39,707 bases of DNA from a virus. Lineage: Duplodnaviria; Caudoviricetes. Below are positions 9,699-18,133 of the stretch, one piece after another. The notes under the pieces were generated by a model that ran no database searches, was not told where the DNA came from, and saw only the letters and a list, made by a program, of their open reading frames with translations. The position numbers and the translations under genes were made by a program. The stretch is from positions 1 to 39,707 of the IMG/VR virus record IMGVR_UViG_3300031953_000053; one strand, given 5' to 3'. Numbering within the stretch: the first letter of the stretch is position 1; each line of letters begins with the position of its first letter.

Positions 9699-9727
9699 AA
9701 TCTACTAAGTGGACGGGCTTAGCGCAA
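9699..9727 (-). promoter_or_regulatory. SigA-type promoter for a leaderless HTH-lipoprotein transcript
   Basis: Minus strand TTGCGC-17 nt-TAGATT-7 nt-ATG(9691). Confidence 0.65.
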
Positions 9728-9760
9728 GAAGCGTATCTAGTCGATAAGCGACCATCAGCA

Positions 9761-9789
9761 GAAACCCTCGGCAAGACGCCGGGGGTTTC
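9761..9789 (+). terminator. stem-loop upstream of tape measure gene
   Basis: GAAACCCTCGGC / GCCGGGGGTTTC inverted repeat. Confidence 0.5.
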
Positions 9790-9807
9790 GTGTTTCTAGG
9801 AGGAATT

Positions 9808-11619
9808 ATGGCTGCAACAGAAATCGCTTCAGCCTATATAGCGCTATACAGCCGCATGCCGGGAGTTAAGGACGATATTACGAAGGCCCTCGGCGGGGCA
9901 GGCGTGCAGGGGGCGGTCAAGAAGTCCGGCGGGGCGATGGGTTCGAAGCTCATGGATGGCATGAACAGTATCGGGAAGGTAGGGGCGATTGCCCTCGGCG
10001 GAACGATTGCGGCAGGGGTCGGTGGTGCTCTAATCAAAGGGTTCCAGAGGCTTGACGCTCTTGATCAAGCTAAAGCAAAACTGACCGGTCTGGGCCATTC
10101 AGCGAAGACCGTAGATCAGATCATGAATAACGCTCTCGGTGCTGTGAAGGGCACAGCGTTTGGGATGGGCGCGGCGGCGACTACTGCTGCGGGTGCGGTT
10201 GCTGCTGGCATCAAGCCGGGGGCTGACCTAGAGCGGACGCTGAAAGCTGTCGCTGATGCCTCCACTATCGCTGGAACCGATATGGGTTCGATGGGTGCCA
10301 TTTTTAATAAGGTCGCAGCCTCGAACAAAGTTCAGATGGACGTTATCAACCAGCTTCAAGATGCTGGCGTTCCTGCACTTGCTTTACTCGCTGACCAAAT
10401 GGGGGTGACGGCTGAGGAAGCATCCGATATGGCTTCTCGCGGAGAAATTGATTTTGCTACGTTCCAGTCGGCTATGGAGTCGGGGATGGGGGGTGCGGCG
10501 CTGGAGTCCGGGAACACGTTCTCTGGTGCGATGGCTAACGTGGGTGCCTCCCTCGGTCGAATTGGTGCGAACTTGCTGTCGGGCATTTTCCCTGACATGA
10601 AGGACGGACTTGGCGGTCTCATGGAGGCGATGGAACCGCTCGCAGGTGTTGCGAAGGATGTCGGTGTGGCGATTGGCGGTTTCGTTGGTTTCATCAAGGA
10701 CAACATCAGCTGGCTCGGCCCGCTCGCCACGGGCATTGGGATTGCTGTAGGGGCGCTCATTGCGCTCAACGTCATCATGTGGATTCTCTCAATCAACCCG
10801 ATCACGCTGCTCATCTTTGCAATAGTGCTCGCGGTCGGCCTGTTGATTGGTGCGATCATCCTCCTTGTTCAGAATTGGGACACGGTTGTCGCCTTCCTCA
10901 TCGACGTGTGGGCTGGTTTTGTGGGCTGGTTCACCGGCGTCATGGATGGCCTCCTCGGGTGGTGGGGTGGCGTCTGGGACGGGTTTCTTGGATTCATCTC
11001 TGACATCTGGAACGGCATTGTGGGTTTCGTTACCGCATATATCAACACTGTTCTGCTGATTATTCGCACTGTTATTGGTGTCATTAGTTCGGTATGGAAT
11101 TCCGTGTGGTCAGGTATTAGTTCCTTTTTTGCTGGAATTTGGGTGGGCATCATCGGTGCCATCAGAACCGTGCAGGGCGTTTTCGGGACTGTGTTCAATG
11201 CGATCGGGGACATCATCCGCGGTGCGTTCAACGGTGTCGTTTCGGTCGTGCGGGGTGTCATCAACTCGATTATTGATGCGGTGAACGGTGTCATCGGGGG
11301 AATCAACGGTGTTGCTGGTGCTCTTGGGGATGCGATCGGTATCAACATTCGGATTGGGACGATTCCGCGTCTGGCTGATGGTGCGTTGGTTGGTAGTTCT
11401 CGTGGCGGTTCGATTGTGAATGTCGGCGAAGGCCGGTATGACGAGGCTGTGCTGCCCCTCGGTGGTCCGCAGTTGGCGAAGATTCAGGCGGCCCTGCAGG
11501 GCCGTGGCGGTTCGGGCACTCCGACCCAGATCAAGCAGTACATCACCACACAAGACACCGACCCGCGACTATTCGGTCGTCAGATGGGGCGCGAGTTCCA
11601 GAGAGAAATGGCGGGCTAG
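9808..11619 (+). CDS. tape measure protein
   Basis: AGGAGG RBS; Ala/Gly-rich, tape-measure N domain (AVKGTAFG), periodic W/F repeats, IPRLADG and GEGRYDEAVLPL C-terminal motifs; about 603 aa. Confidence 0.92.
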   Translation: MAATEIASAYIALYSRMPGVKDDITKALGGAGVQGAVKKSGGAMGSKLMDGMNSIGKVGAIALGGTIAAGVGGALIKGFQRLDALDQAKAKLTGLGHSAKTVDQIMNNALGAVKGTAFGMGAAATTAAGAVAAGIKPGADLERTLKAVADASTIAGTDMGSMGAIFNKVAASNKVQMDVINQLQDAGVPALALLADQMGVTAEEASDMASRGEIDFATFQSAMESGMGGAALESGNTFSGAMANVGASLGRIGANLLSGIFPDMKDGLGGLMEAMEPLAGVAKDVGVAIGGFVGFIKDNISWLGPLATGIGIAVGALIALNVIMWILSINPITLLIFAIVLAVGLLIGAIILLVQNWDTVVAFLIDVWAGFVGWFTGVMDGLLGWWGGVWDGFLGFISDIWNGIVGFVTAYINTVLLIIRTVIGVISSVWNSVWSGISSFFAGIWVGIIGAIRTVQGVFGTVFNAIGDIIRGAFNGVVSVVRGVINSIIDAVNGVIGGINGVAGALGDAIGINIRIGTIPRLADGALVGSSRGGSIVNVGEGRYDEAVLPLGGPQLAKIQAALQGRGGSGTPTQIKQYITTQDTDPRLFGRQMGREFQREMAG

Positions 11620-11621
11620 TT

Positions 11622-12494
11622 ATGACGAATGTGAAGTTCATTACCCCAGCAGACACTCTCGAGATAAGCGGGGCAGCCACAACACCGACAGGGTATTTCC
11701 TTGCACAGTTCGGTTTGCTGGATTGGTACGCCGGTGCGGAGTCCAAGTCATCTATCAACGAGCGCCCACAGTCGATGGGTGCATTCGGGATTAGTAATGA
11801 CTGGGCTTCGTCCGTGGCGATCAGCACAAAAGGTTCCTTTGATGGGGACTCATTGGCTGATGCGATTGCTGCTGCTGAACGGCTGTCAGCTATCGCTGCG
11901 GGCGTTCCCGTGCAGATGGTTGTTGTTGATCCGTTACGGACAACCTCGCGGTGGGTTTCTGTACGTCGGGTGACTTTGCCGCCTGATGTCGGCGCGTTTG
12001 CGTCGTTCGATTTCAGCATTGATGTGATTGCCACTGACCCTCTCCGTTATGGCGACCCTGTAACAAGTTCCACTGGTATTCCGGTGTCTGGTGGTGGTCT
12101 GTTGTGGCCGTTGGGTACTACTCCTTCCGCGTTTTGGGATTGGGGCGACGATGGCGCAAGCGGTCGCATCTCGGTCACGAATGTGGGTACTGCCGATGTG
12201 TGGCCGTCGATCACTGTCACTGGTGGTTTGGCTGAGGGGTTTGTGGTGACGAATGTTTCCACGGGTCAGTCGATTCGTTTTGTGCGCCCTATTCCTGTGG
12301 GGTCGTCGGTGTCGATCAATCAGCGGACTGGTTCTGCGTCGATCGATGGTCAGTCGGATGTTGGCGGGTTTATTACGGAGCGTGGGTTCTTTGCGATCCC
12401 GGCTGGTGCGACTCATCAAGTGCAATTTGCGGGCTTGGGCGCCGTCACGGGAACCCCACAATTTACGGTGACGCTCAGCCCGGGATACCTATAA
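11622..12494 (+). CDS. minor tail protein (distal tail-like)
   Basis: Follows tape measure; ATDPLRYG and N.GTADVWP motifs. Confidence 0.8.
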   Translation: MTNVKFITPADTLEISGAATTPTGYFLAQFGLLDWYAGAESKSSINERPQSMGAFGISNDWASSVAISTKGSFDGDSLADAIAAAERLSAIAAGVPVQMVVVDPLRTTSRWVSVRRVTLPPDVGAFASFDFSIDVIATDPLRYGDPVTSSTGIPVSGGGLLWPLGTTPSAFWDWGDDGASGRISVTNVGTADVWPSITVTGGLAEGFVVTNVSTGQSIRFVRPIPVGSSVSINQRTGSASIDGQSDVGGFITERGFFAIPAGATHQVQFAGLGAVTGTPQFTVTLSPGYL

Positions 12495-12587
12495 ATGCGG
12501 TAGAATGGGAGCGGCCCCAAACCCAGTGTTTCAGCACTGGCCGGGGCCTAACCCAGAAATCAAGGTCTAGTTGATTGGAGGGCTGCA

Positions 12588-13097
12588 ATGCAGTCTACAG
12601 AATGGCGCACGATACCCGGACATGAAGGTCGCTATGAAGCGAGCAATATGGGCGGAGTGCGGTCACTGCCGCGAGTAACGATTACTTCCAATGGGCCAAG
12701 GTCGTACAGGGGCCGGGAGCTGTCTCTTTCGTATCTCGGGAGTGATGGGTATCCGAAAGTGCCAATCGGGAACAAGTTGTGCCGCGTGCATTTGTTGGTC
12801 TTGCTCGCGTTTGTCGGGCCACCGCCCGATGGACATGAGGCGTTACACCTGAACGCAGACCGGGCAGATGCGCGGCTGGTCAATTTGCGTTACGGCACAC
12901 ACTCCCAGAACATGCTCCAGAAAACGGAAGACGGCAACTGCCCTAATTCGAACAAGACGCATTGCCCACAGGGCCACGCCTATAACGCCAGCAATACATA
13001 CATCACGAAGGACGGGCGGCGCGATTGCCGAGCTTGTCACAAAATTCGCGAAACATCGCGCCGAGAAAGAAAGAGGCTAACCCATGGCAATTCGTAA
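12588..13097 (+). CDS. NUMOD4-HNH endonuclease
   Basis: EWRTIPG.EGRYEASN.G.VRS (NUMOD4); VHLLVLLAF...HLNAD...NLRYGT..QN (HNH); C-terminal KTHCPQGH...CRAC. Confidence 0.9.
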   Translation: MQSTEWRTIPGHEGRYEASNMGGVRSLPRVTITSNGPRSYRGRELSLSYLGSDGYPKVPIGNKLCRVHLLVLLAFVGPPPDGHEALHLNADRADARLVNLRYGTHSQNMLQKTEDGNCPNSNKTHCPQGHAYNASNTYITKDGRRDCRACHKIRETSRRERKRLTHGNS

Positions 13098-14079
13098 AGG
13101 ACTACCAGCAAAACTCGCGCTCACTGACGCAGATGATTCCAGATACCTGTTTTCGGGTCTTGTGGTGTGCAATGTTGATGGTTCGCCGCGTGGTGGTGTG
13201 TTGTCGCCGGTGAATGTGAATCTGGTTACGGCGACGGCGACGATGAATGTGTCGGTTGCACGTTTTCAGGGTGCTGCGGTGCGTGACGGTGGTGTCATTC
13301 TTTTGGCGAATGATGGTGCTGCGAATGTCCTGTTGGATGCGGCACCGGGTGCGAACTCTCGTATTGATGTGATTTATGCGAAGCAGAATGATGCTTCAGC
13401 TACGGTCACAGTTCCCGATGCGAATAACACTCCTGTGTTGGGGCGCGTGACGGGCACTGCTACGGCTATCCCCGTGAAGCCATCGTTGCCCGTGGGCGCT
13501 CTCGAGCTGGCAACGGTTCTTGTTCCGTCTGGGGTTGGTGTTACTGCAACAAACTCGGGCGGTGTTGTTATTACCCAGACGGCAGCATTCACTGCGGCTG
13601 CGGGTGGTGCTGTTGGGTTCCGCACCAAGACCACACTGGATTTGTGGACGACTGCACAGAAGGATCAGACGGCGATTGTGTTGGCTGACTCGGGGCGGTG
13701 GCGGTATACCGGATCGGCGTGGGCTGCTGTAGCTGCTGGGTCTCATCGCCAGATAGATACCACCAACTCAGTTGTGCAGACGTTCACGCAGTATGGCTTC
13801 GGGAAGATTACAGGAGCAGGAAACCGGAGCGCTACCGAAACAGTAACGTTCCCGATAGCGTTTGGGTCAATTCCAGCGGTGACGTGCCAACCGATTGGAT
13901 ACCGCTCTACTGGGGCATGGAATATGTCAGGTCTCTTAGCAGTGGCGTCGCTCGTCGGCACGCCACAATCGCCAACCACGACCGTGTTCACCGCTAACTT
14001 GTATCAGTCCGATGGCACCAACTTAGGTACCGGGCAAGATTGGTATTACCAGTGGACTGCAGTTGGGGAACTCGCGTAA
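13084..14079 (+). CDS. minor tail protein (fibre / receptor-binding-like)
   Basis: AAPGANSRIDVI and LELATVLVP motifs; C-terminal VTFPIAF..P.V...WTAVG beta-rich domain. Confidence 0.75.
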   Translation: MAIRKGLPAKLALTDADDSRYLFSGLVVCNVDGSPRGGVLSPVNVNLVTATATMNVSVARFQGAAVRDGGVILLANDGAANVLLDAAPGANSRIDVIYAKQNDASATVTVPDANNTPVLGRVTGTATAIPVKPSLPVGALELATVLVPSGVGVTATNSGGVVITQTAAFTAAAGGAVGFRTKTTLDLWTTAQKDQTAIVLADSGRWRYTGSAWAAVAAGSHRQIDTTNSVVQTFTQYGFGKITGAGNRSATETVTFPIAFGSIPAVTCQPIGYRSTGAWNMSGLLAVASLVGTPQSPTTTVFTANLYQSDGTNLGTGQDWYYQWTAVGELA

Positions 14080-14864
14080 TGGCCCGCCGACCTTTAGACG
14101 GGGCACGCCGTGTGACTGGTGACACCGCAAGCCACGCCAAATACGGTGTTGGCCCTGCCTCGGATTATGGCGCAGATATGCGTGAGATTCTTCGCGCACC
14201 CATTACGGGTTCTATCACTCGTTGGTGGTCTGGTACTGGTGGCAACAGTGTCGGTGTGACTTCGGCCCGGTGGCGCATCACCATGCAGCATTTGTCTGCC
14301 TACGCGGGGGGCACTGGCACCGAGAAAGAGAGTGCCGTCATTGGCTATGTCGGCAACACGGGTTCAGCAACGACCGGCCCGCATGTGCACACGTTCGTCA
14401 TCGACCGTTGGACAGGTAAGCGGTATTCCATCGAGGAATGGCTAGTGAAGTTTTTCAAGTTCACGAACTCGGCACCCGCAGGTGGCACCGTCTCCGGCCC
14501 GTTCTCAACCTCCCTCGCAGGCGACGACAGCACCCCAATAAAAGAACCCAAGAAAGAGGCACAAGAAATGTATAGAGCAGCACTCAGAGACACCGCAAAG
14601 GTCGCAATCTTTGACTCGACCACGTTCTTTGAAACCACCGACAGTTCGGTAGACGACAACGCATGGTCAAGGTTCGTCGGCAAGCCGGGGCTGACAGTTT
14701 CTCAAGCCGAATGGGACTCATACAAGAAAGTTGCGGCACAGAACGCGGCAAAGATCGCGGCAACAACCGCAACCATCGACTACCCAAAACTGGCGGCGCT
14801 AATCAAAGTCCCTACCGCTAGCGAAAACGGATCAGCGGCACGAGCGGCAATAGTAAAGGACTAA
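14079..14864 (+). CDS. endolysin, M23-family peptidase
   Basis: H...D, QHLS and IGYVGNTGSATTGPHVH M23 motifs, plus a separate C-terminal domain. Confidence 0.8.
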   Translation: MARRPLDGARRVTGDTASHAKYGVGPASDYGADMREILRAPITGSITRWWSGTGGNSVGVTSARWRITMQHLSAYAGGTGTEKESAVIGYVGNTGSATTGPHVHTFVIDRWTGKRYSIEEWLVKFFKFTNSAPAGGTVSGPFSTSLAGDDSTPIKEPKKEAQEMYRAALRDTAKVAIFDSTTFFETTDSSVDDNAWSRFVGKPGLTVSQAEWDSYKKVAAQNAAKIAATTATIDYPKLAALIKVPTASENGSAARAAIVKD

Positions 14865-14867
14865 CAC

Positions 14868-16082
14868 ATGACTCGGTACATCATCGGCAACCTAAGAACG
14901 GGTCGAAGGATTCTTGATCTGCCGGTGATGACCGGACAGTGGGGGTGCCGCTATCTGACGGCAGGAACCATCAACGTCACTGTTGATCTGAATGACCCTG
15001 ACGTGCAAGCACTCGACTTGCACAATACGGCAACCCCCACACAATCATTTCTTGCCGTGGTTGAGGGTGACACGATTATGGAAGCTGGCCCGGTATGGGT
15101 TCGCTCCTATGATCGTGACACCCGAACCCTCGAGTTGGCAGCAAAGGGCATGGGGTCATATTTCAACCACAGACTAATTCTGCCCCTGTTGGCGGCAACG
15201 ATCGGTGTTGACCAGTTCACCATCCCTGACCCCGCCGACACGTCTAAGACAATGGCGAACCCCGCGTTGACGAGCTCATACAGTGCGTTGTCGTTGGGGA
15301 CGATCGCTAAACGCCTTGTCGAGCAAGCACGGTTGTGGGCTGGTTCCGATGTTCCCATTGTGTTCCAGGCGGACGAAGCCGGCACACACGAACGCAACTA
15401 TTTGGGGCTCGATTTCAAACCTGTCACGCAGGCCATTGACGACATCGCCAATACTGAGAACGGGCCTGAGTTTTCATTCCAACCACGCTTCACCACAGAC
15501 ATGCTGGGTGTTGAATGGTTGTTCAGGACGGGCACGAACGCGAGCCCGTTAGTCACTTCGGAGTCTGCGCCACTGTGGTCTGTCACTGCCCCCAAATCGC
15601 CTGTGTCTAACCTCACGATCTCAGAGGACGGGTCACGGCGGCTCTCGCTGGGTTGGCAGGTTGGTGGGCGACAAACAGACACGGTGATGGTTGCTCGCGG
15701 CTACGACACCACATTGGTGGATGCAGGTTTCCCACTGATGGAAGATGTTGACTCGTCACACTCCACCGTCAGCGAACAGCCCACGTTGGATTCTTACGCG
15801 ACCGCAATGGTTCGTGCAGGGCTTTCCCCTTATGAGGTGTGGTCGTTCACTGCTGAGGCATATCCGACTGGTGAGAGCGGATTATCTGGTGGCCCACAAC
15901 TGGGACAGTACCGGGTTGGTGATTTCGCCGATCTTGTGTTTGACAAGTGGGATCCACTCACCGGGCAGGGCGATCCGTTTATGACTGAGGCTCAAACTGT
16001 CCGCCACCGCATCATTGGTCTGTCTGGTGATGAGCGTGGCCGTTTCGTGAAAGTTGATCTAGCACCGAAAGTGGGTAACTGA
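14868..16082 (+). CDS. minor tail protein (baseplate hub-like)
   Basis: LRTGRRILDLP, AGPVW, NGPEF.FQPR and YRVGD motifs of actinophage minor tails. Confidence 0.75.
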   Translation: MTRYIIGNLRTGRRILDLPVMTGQWGCRYLTAGTINVTVDLNDPDVQALDLHNTATPTQSFLAVVEGDTIMEAGPVWVRSYDRDTRTLELAAKGMGSYFNHRLILPLLAATIGVDQFTIPDPADTSKTMANPALTSSYSALSLGTIAKRLVEQARLWAGSDVPIVFQADEAGTHERNYLGLDFKPVTQAIDDIANTENGPEFSFQPRFTTDMLGVEWLFRTGTNASPLVTSESAPLWSVTAPKSPVSNLTISEDGSRRLSLGWQVGGRQTDTVMVARGYDTTLVDAGFPLMEDVDSSHSTVSEQPTLDSYATAMVRAGLSPYEVWSFTAEAYPTGESGLSGGPQLGQYRVGDFADLVFDKWDPLTGQGDPFMTEAQTVRHRIIGLSGDERGRFVKVDLAPKVGN

Positions 16083-16831
16083 TGGCTGACTATCCGACAC
16101 CGCCAGGCGATTCACTAGAACCGATCATTGCGGCACAGAACCGGGTGCAGCGCCAATTGGATGAGCTAGCGCGGCCATCGGGAACGAACATCGGTTCGTT
16201 GGTGGATCAGGTGCAGGCAAAGTTGGCCGACCTCGAAACAACCGTAATCGCGGCAACAGACTCGTACCTGAGTTCCGGCACCGTGAACATGACGAACATT
16301 TCCGCTTCAGGTTCTGTGTCCGCAGCTAGCCTTTCTGCATCCGGCAACATCTCTGCATCCGGCAACGTTACCGCGTCCAGCCAAGTGAACGCTGTTGGCA
16401 GCTTACGCAGTGTGGGCGCATTCAACACCGACATCACCGTATACCCTGGCGCACGTCAAACAGTGTGGCAGAACAACAACGGAATCTTCGGCTACGCACC
16501 TTCTACAGAAGTGAAGAAAACAAACATTCGGAGTGTCCCGTTCACCGCGGAGAATGTGCGCGCATGTACTCCGAGCATGTTTGCCTACATCACCCAGCTA
16601 GAGATTCGCGACAACCCCGAGAACGAATACTACGACCCCGAATATGAGGTTCCAGACGAGGCAGGTTTATTCGCTGAGGATCTTATCAAGAATGGCTTAG
16701 AGTCGTTCGTCATCTATGACAGCGATGGGGTCACACCTGCCGGCGTGGACTATGCGGGGTTTGGTGCTGTAGCCAACCTTGTTGCTGTCCGTGATTTGCA
16801 TGAACGGCTCACAAGGTTGGAAACCGCTTAG
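16082..16831 (+). CDS. tail spike/fibre-like protein with C-terminal intramolecular chaperone (peptidase S74-like)
   Basis: ISASG repeats; S....KKTNI, GLFAEDL and GVDY motifs, terminal coiled coil. Confidence 0.7.
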   Translation: MADYPTPPGDSLEPIIAAQNRVQRQLDELARPSGTNIGSLVDQVQAKLADLETTVIAATDSYLSSGTVNMTNISASGSVSAASLSASGNISASGNVTASSQVNAVGSLRSVGAFNTDITVYPGARQTVWQNNNGIFGYAPSTEVKKTNIRSVPFTAENVRACTPSMFAYITQLEIRDNPENEYYDPEYEVPDEAGLFAEDLIKNGLESFVIYDSDGVTPAGVDYAGFGAVANLVAVRDLHERLTRLETA

Positions 16832-17265
16832 CCCTGACAGGGGATGTCGTTGCCGTTTGCGTCTACACCGCAGATGGGGTCTTGGCAGCCGTATCCCAGA
16901 TCAACGTAGGGCGAGGGGCATCCTACGCCTTCCACTGTTCCGTCATCGTTCACCCATGCCTCGGGCTCCGGTTCAGGCGCTGGGGCTGGGGCTGGTGCAG
17001 GAGCTGGTGCAGGAGCGGGTTCTGCTACGGGTTCCTGTGTCGGGGCTGGTTCAATAACAGCTTCCTCAACAACAGGTGCCGGGAGAACGGTCTGACGAAC
17101 AGTGCTGGGGGTTTCCTGACGCAACGTGTTCTCATCGACCGTCACGACCGTGGCCTGTGTTTCCTCGGGTTCCGCGTTTGTTGCGGACACCCCGATGAAC
17201 GCGCCGGTCGTGATTACGGCTGCGGCACTGAGGCTCGCGATGATCCCCTTCGTCGTGTTCTTCAT
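16828..17265 (-). CDS. exported / membrane-anchored Pro-rich protein
   Basis: Signal-like N terminus, PA/PE repeat linker, C-terminal 4-Cys domain. Confidence 0.7.
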   Translation of the reverse strand: MKNTTKGIIASLSAAAVITTGAFIGVSATNAEPEETQATVVTVDENTLRQETPSTVRQTVLPAPVVEEAVIEPAPTQEPVAEPAPAPAPAPAPAPAPEPEPEAWVNDDGTVEGVGCPSPYVDLGYGCQDPICGVDANGNDIPCQG

Positions 17266-17271
17266 GAGCGA

Positions 17272-17300
17272 AGTTTAATTCATTCAGACGAATTCGTCTA
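17272..17300 (-). promoter_or_regulatory. promoter for leaderless transcript with overlapping 14-bp palindrome
   Basis: Minus strand TAGACG-17 nt-TAAACT-6 nt-ATG(17265); AGACGAATTCGTCT at 17286-17299. Confidence 0.55.
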
Positions 17301-17320
17301 CCCCCACGAACGGAGTACAT

Positions 17321-17689
17321 ATGCCTGAGTGGCTACCCATTGTCGGAACCCTTCTAGGCACTGTCTTACTTGTGGGCGGCGGCATGGCCGGATCAGCGAT
17401 GACAAACAAGGTCGCGAAACGCGCCAACGAAACCGCATCAGTAGCTGTGGGTCGATCCGCTGAAAACGATCTCATCGACCAGTTGCAAGAAGAACTCAGC
17501 CAATACCGCATAGAGAACAACGAACGGGCGACAGGGCAAGACCGCCGAATGCAGACGCTCGAAGATCGCAACCTCGAAATCACGACCGAGCGCGACATTC
17601 TTCGCGACTACGCCCACCAACTCCGCTCCGACATTCTCAGTTCAAAACCACCACCTCCGGCTGCATGGCCGGAGGGTGTCTACCGATGA
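17321..17689 (+). CDS. lysis-cassette membrane protein
   Basis: N-terminal TM helix, coiled coil, PPPPAAWP tail. Confidence 0.7.
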   Translation: MPEWLPIVGTLLGTVLLVGGGMAGSAMTNKVAKRANETASVAVGRSAENDLIDQLQEELSQYRIENNERATGQDRRMQTLEDRNLEITTERDILRDYAHQLRSDILSSKPPPPAAWPEGVYR

Positions 17690-17703
17690 AAGAAGGAAAC
17701 AAT

Positions 17704-17877
17704 ATGATTCAGAAGATTAGTCAGTACGCCAAGTTCATTGTCGCGATTGTCGGTTCCATCGCTACAGCAGGCGCAGGGTTCATTCCTGCCGACTGGGGGC
17801 AGTGGATCTCATTCGGCCTCGCGATCCTCACCGCTGCCGCTGTGTACCAGGTTCCTAACCGCGCGACTGCTGAATGA
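17704..17877 (+). CDS. holin
   Basis: 57 aa with two TM helices; AKFIVAIVG and VYQVPN motifs. Confidence 0.75.
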   Translation: MIQKISQYAKFIVAIVGSIATAGAGFIPADWGQWISFGLAILTAAAVYQVPNRATAE

Positions 17878-17960
17878 GGGCCGCGGATATGGGCCCGGAG
17901 TATGAAGTACCTGTAGACCCGAACGATGCCGCTGAGGAATCAACGGCCTGTTGCCAGTAA
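17874..17960 (+). CDS. 28-aa acidic peptide ending CCQ
   Basis: ATGA overlap with holin stop; MRAADMGPEYEVPVDPNDAAEESTACCQ. Confidence 0.5.
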   Translation: MRAADMGPEYEVPVDPNDAAEESTACCQ

Positions 17961-17985
17961 ATAAGTAGTTAGACCTTAAACAATT

Positions 17986-18030
17986 GCCCCACGTTTCACT
18001 CTTTGGAGTTGAAGCGTGGGGCTTTTTTGT
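17986..18030 (+). terminator. intrinsic terminator ending the late operon
   Basis: GCCCCACGTTTCA / TGAAGCGTGGGGC stem followed by TTTTTT. Confidence 0.85.
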
Positions 18031-18133
18031 GTTTTTGTCACTGGTATGTGGGATAATGAAAGCAGCCCCAAACCGCGAAGTGGAATTCGCGCCGGGGCCT
18101 AACCAAGAACACCTAATTACGATAGGAAATTCA

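Noticed and set aside
12494-13100. Group I intron containing the HNH gene
   Set aside because: Flanking genes appear intact with their own stop and start; the non-coding flank is under 100 nt and shows no intron core
16285-16380. Short direct repeat TCTGCATCCGGCAAC
   Set aside because: Encodes ISASG/SASGN repeats of the spike protein; ordinary coding repeat
305-16437. Many long antisense and alternate-frame ORFs over structural genes
   Set aside because: Shadow ORFs expected in GC-rich coding DNA; no RBS or recognisable motifs
16960-17050. Tandem DNA repeat or CRISPR-like array
   Set aside because: Degenerate 6-nt repeats encoding the PA/PE linker; no spacers or cas genes
17984-18133. N-terminal extension of the HNH-AP2 ORF (also 33002-33154)
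   Set aside because: These extensions run through terminator, promoter and leader hairpins; RBS-supported starts are 18134 and 33155
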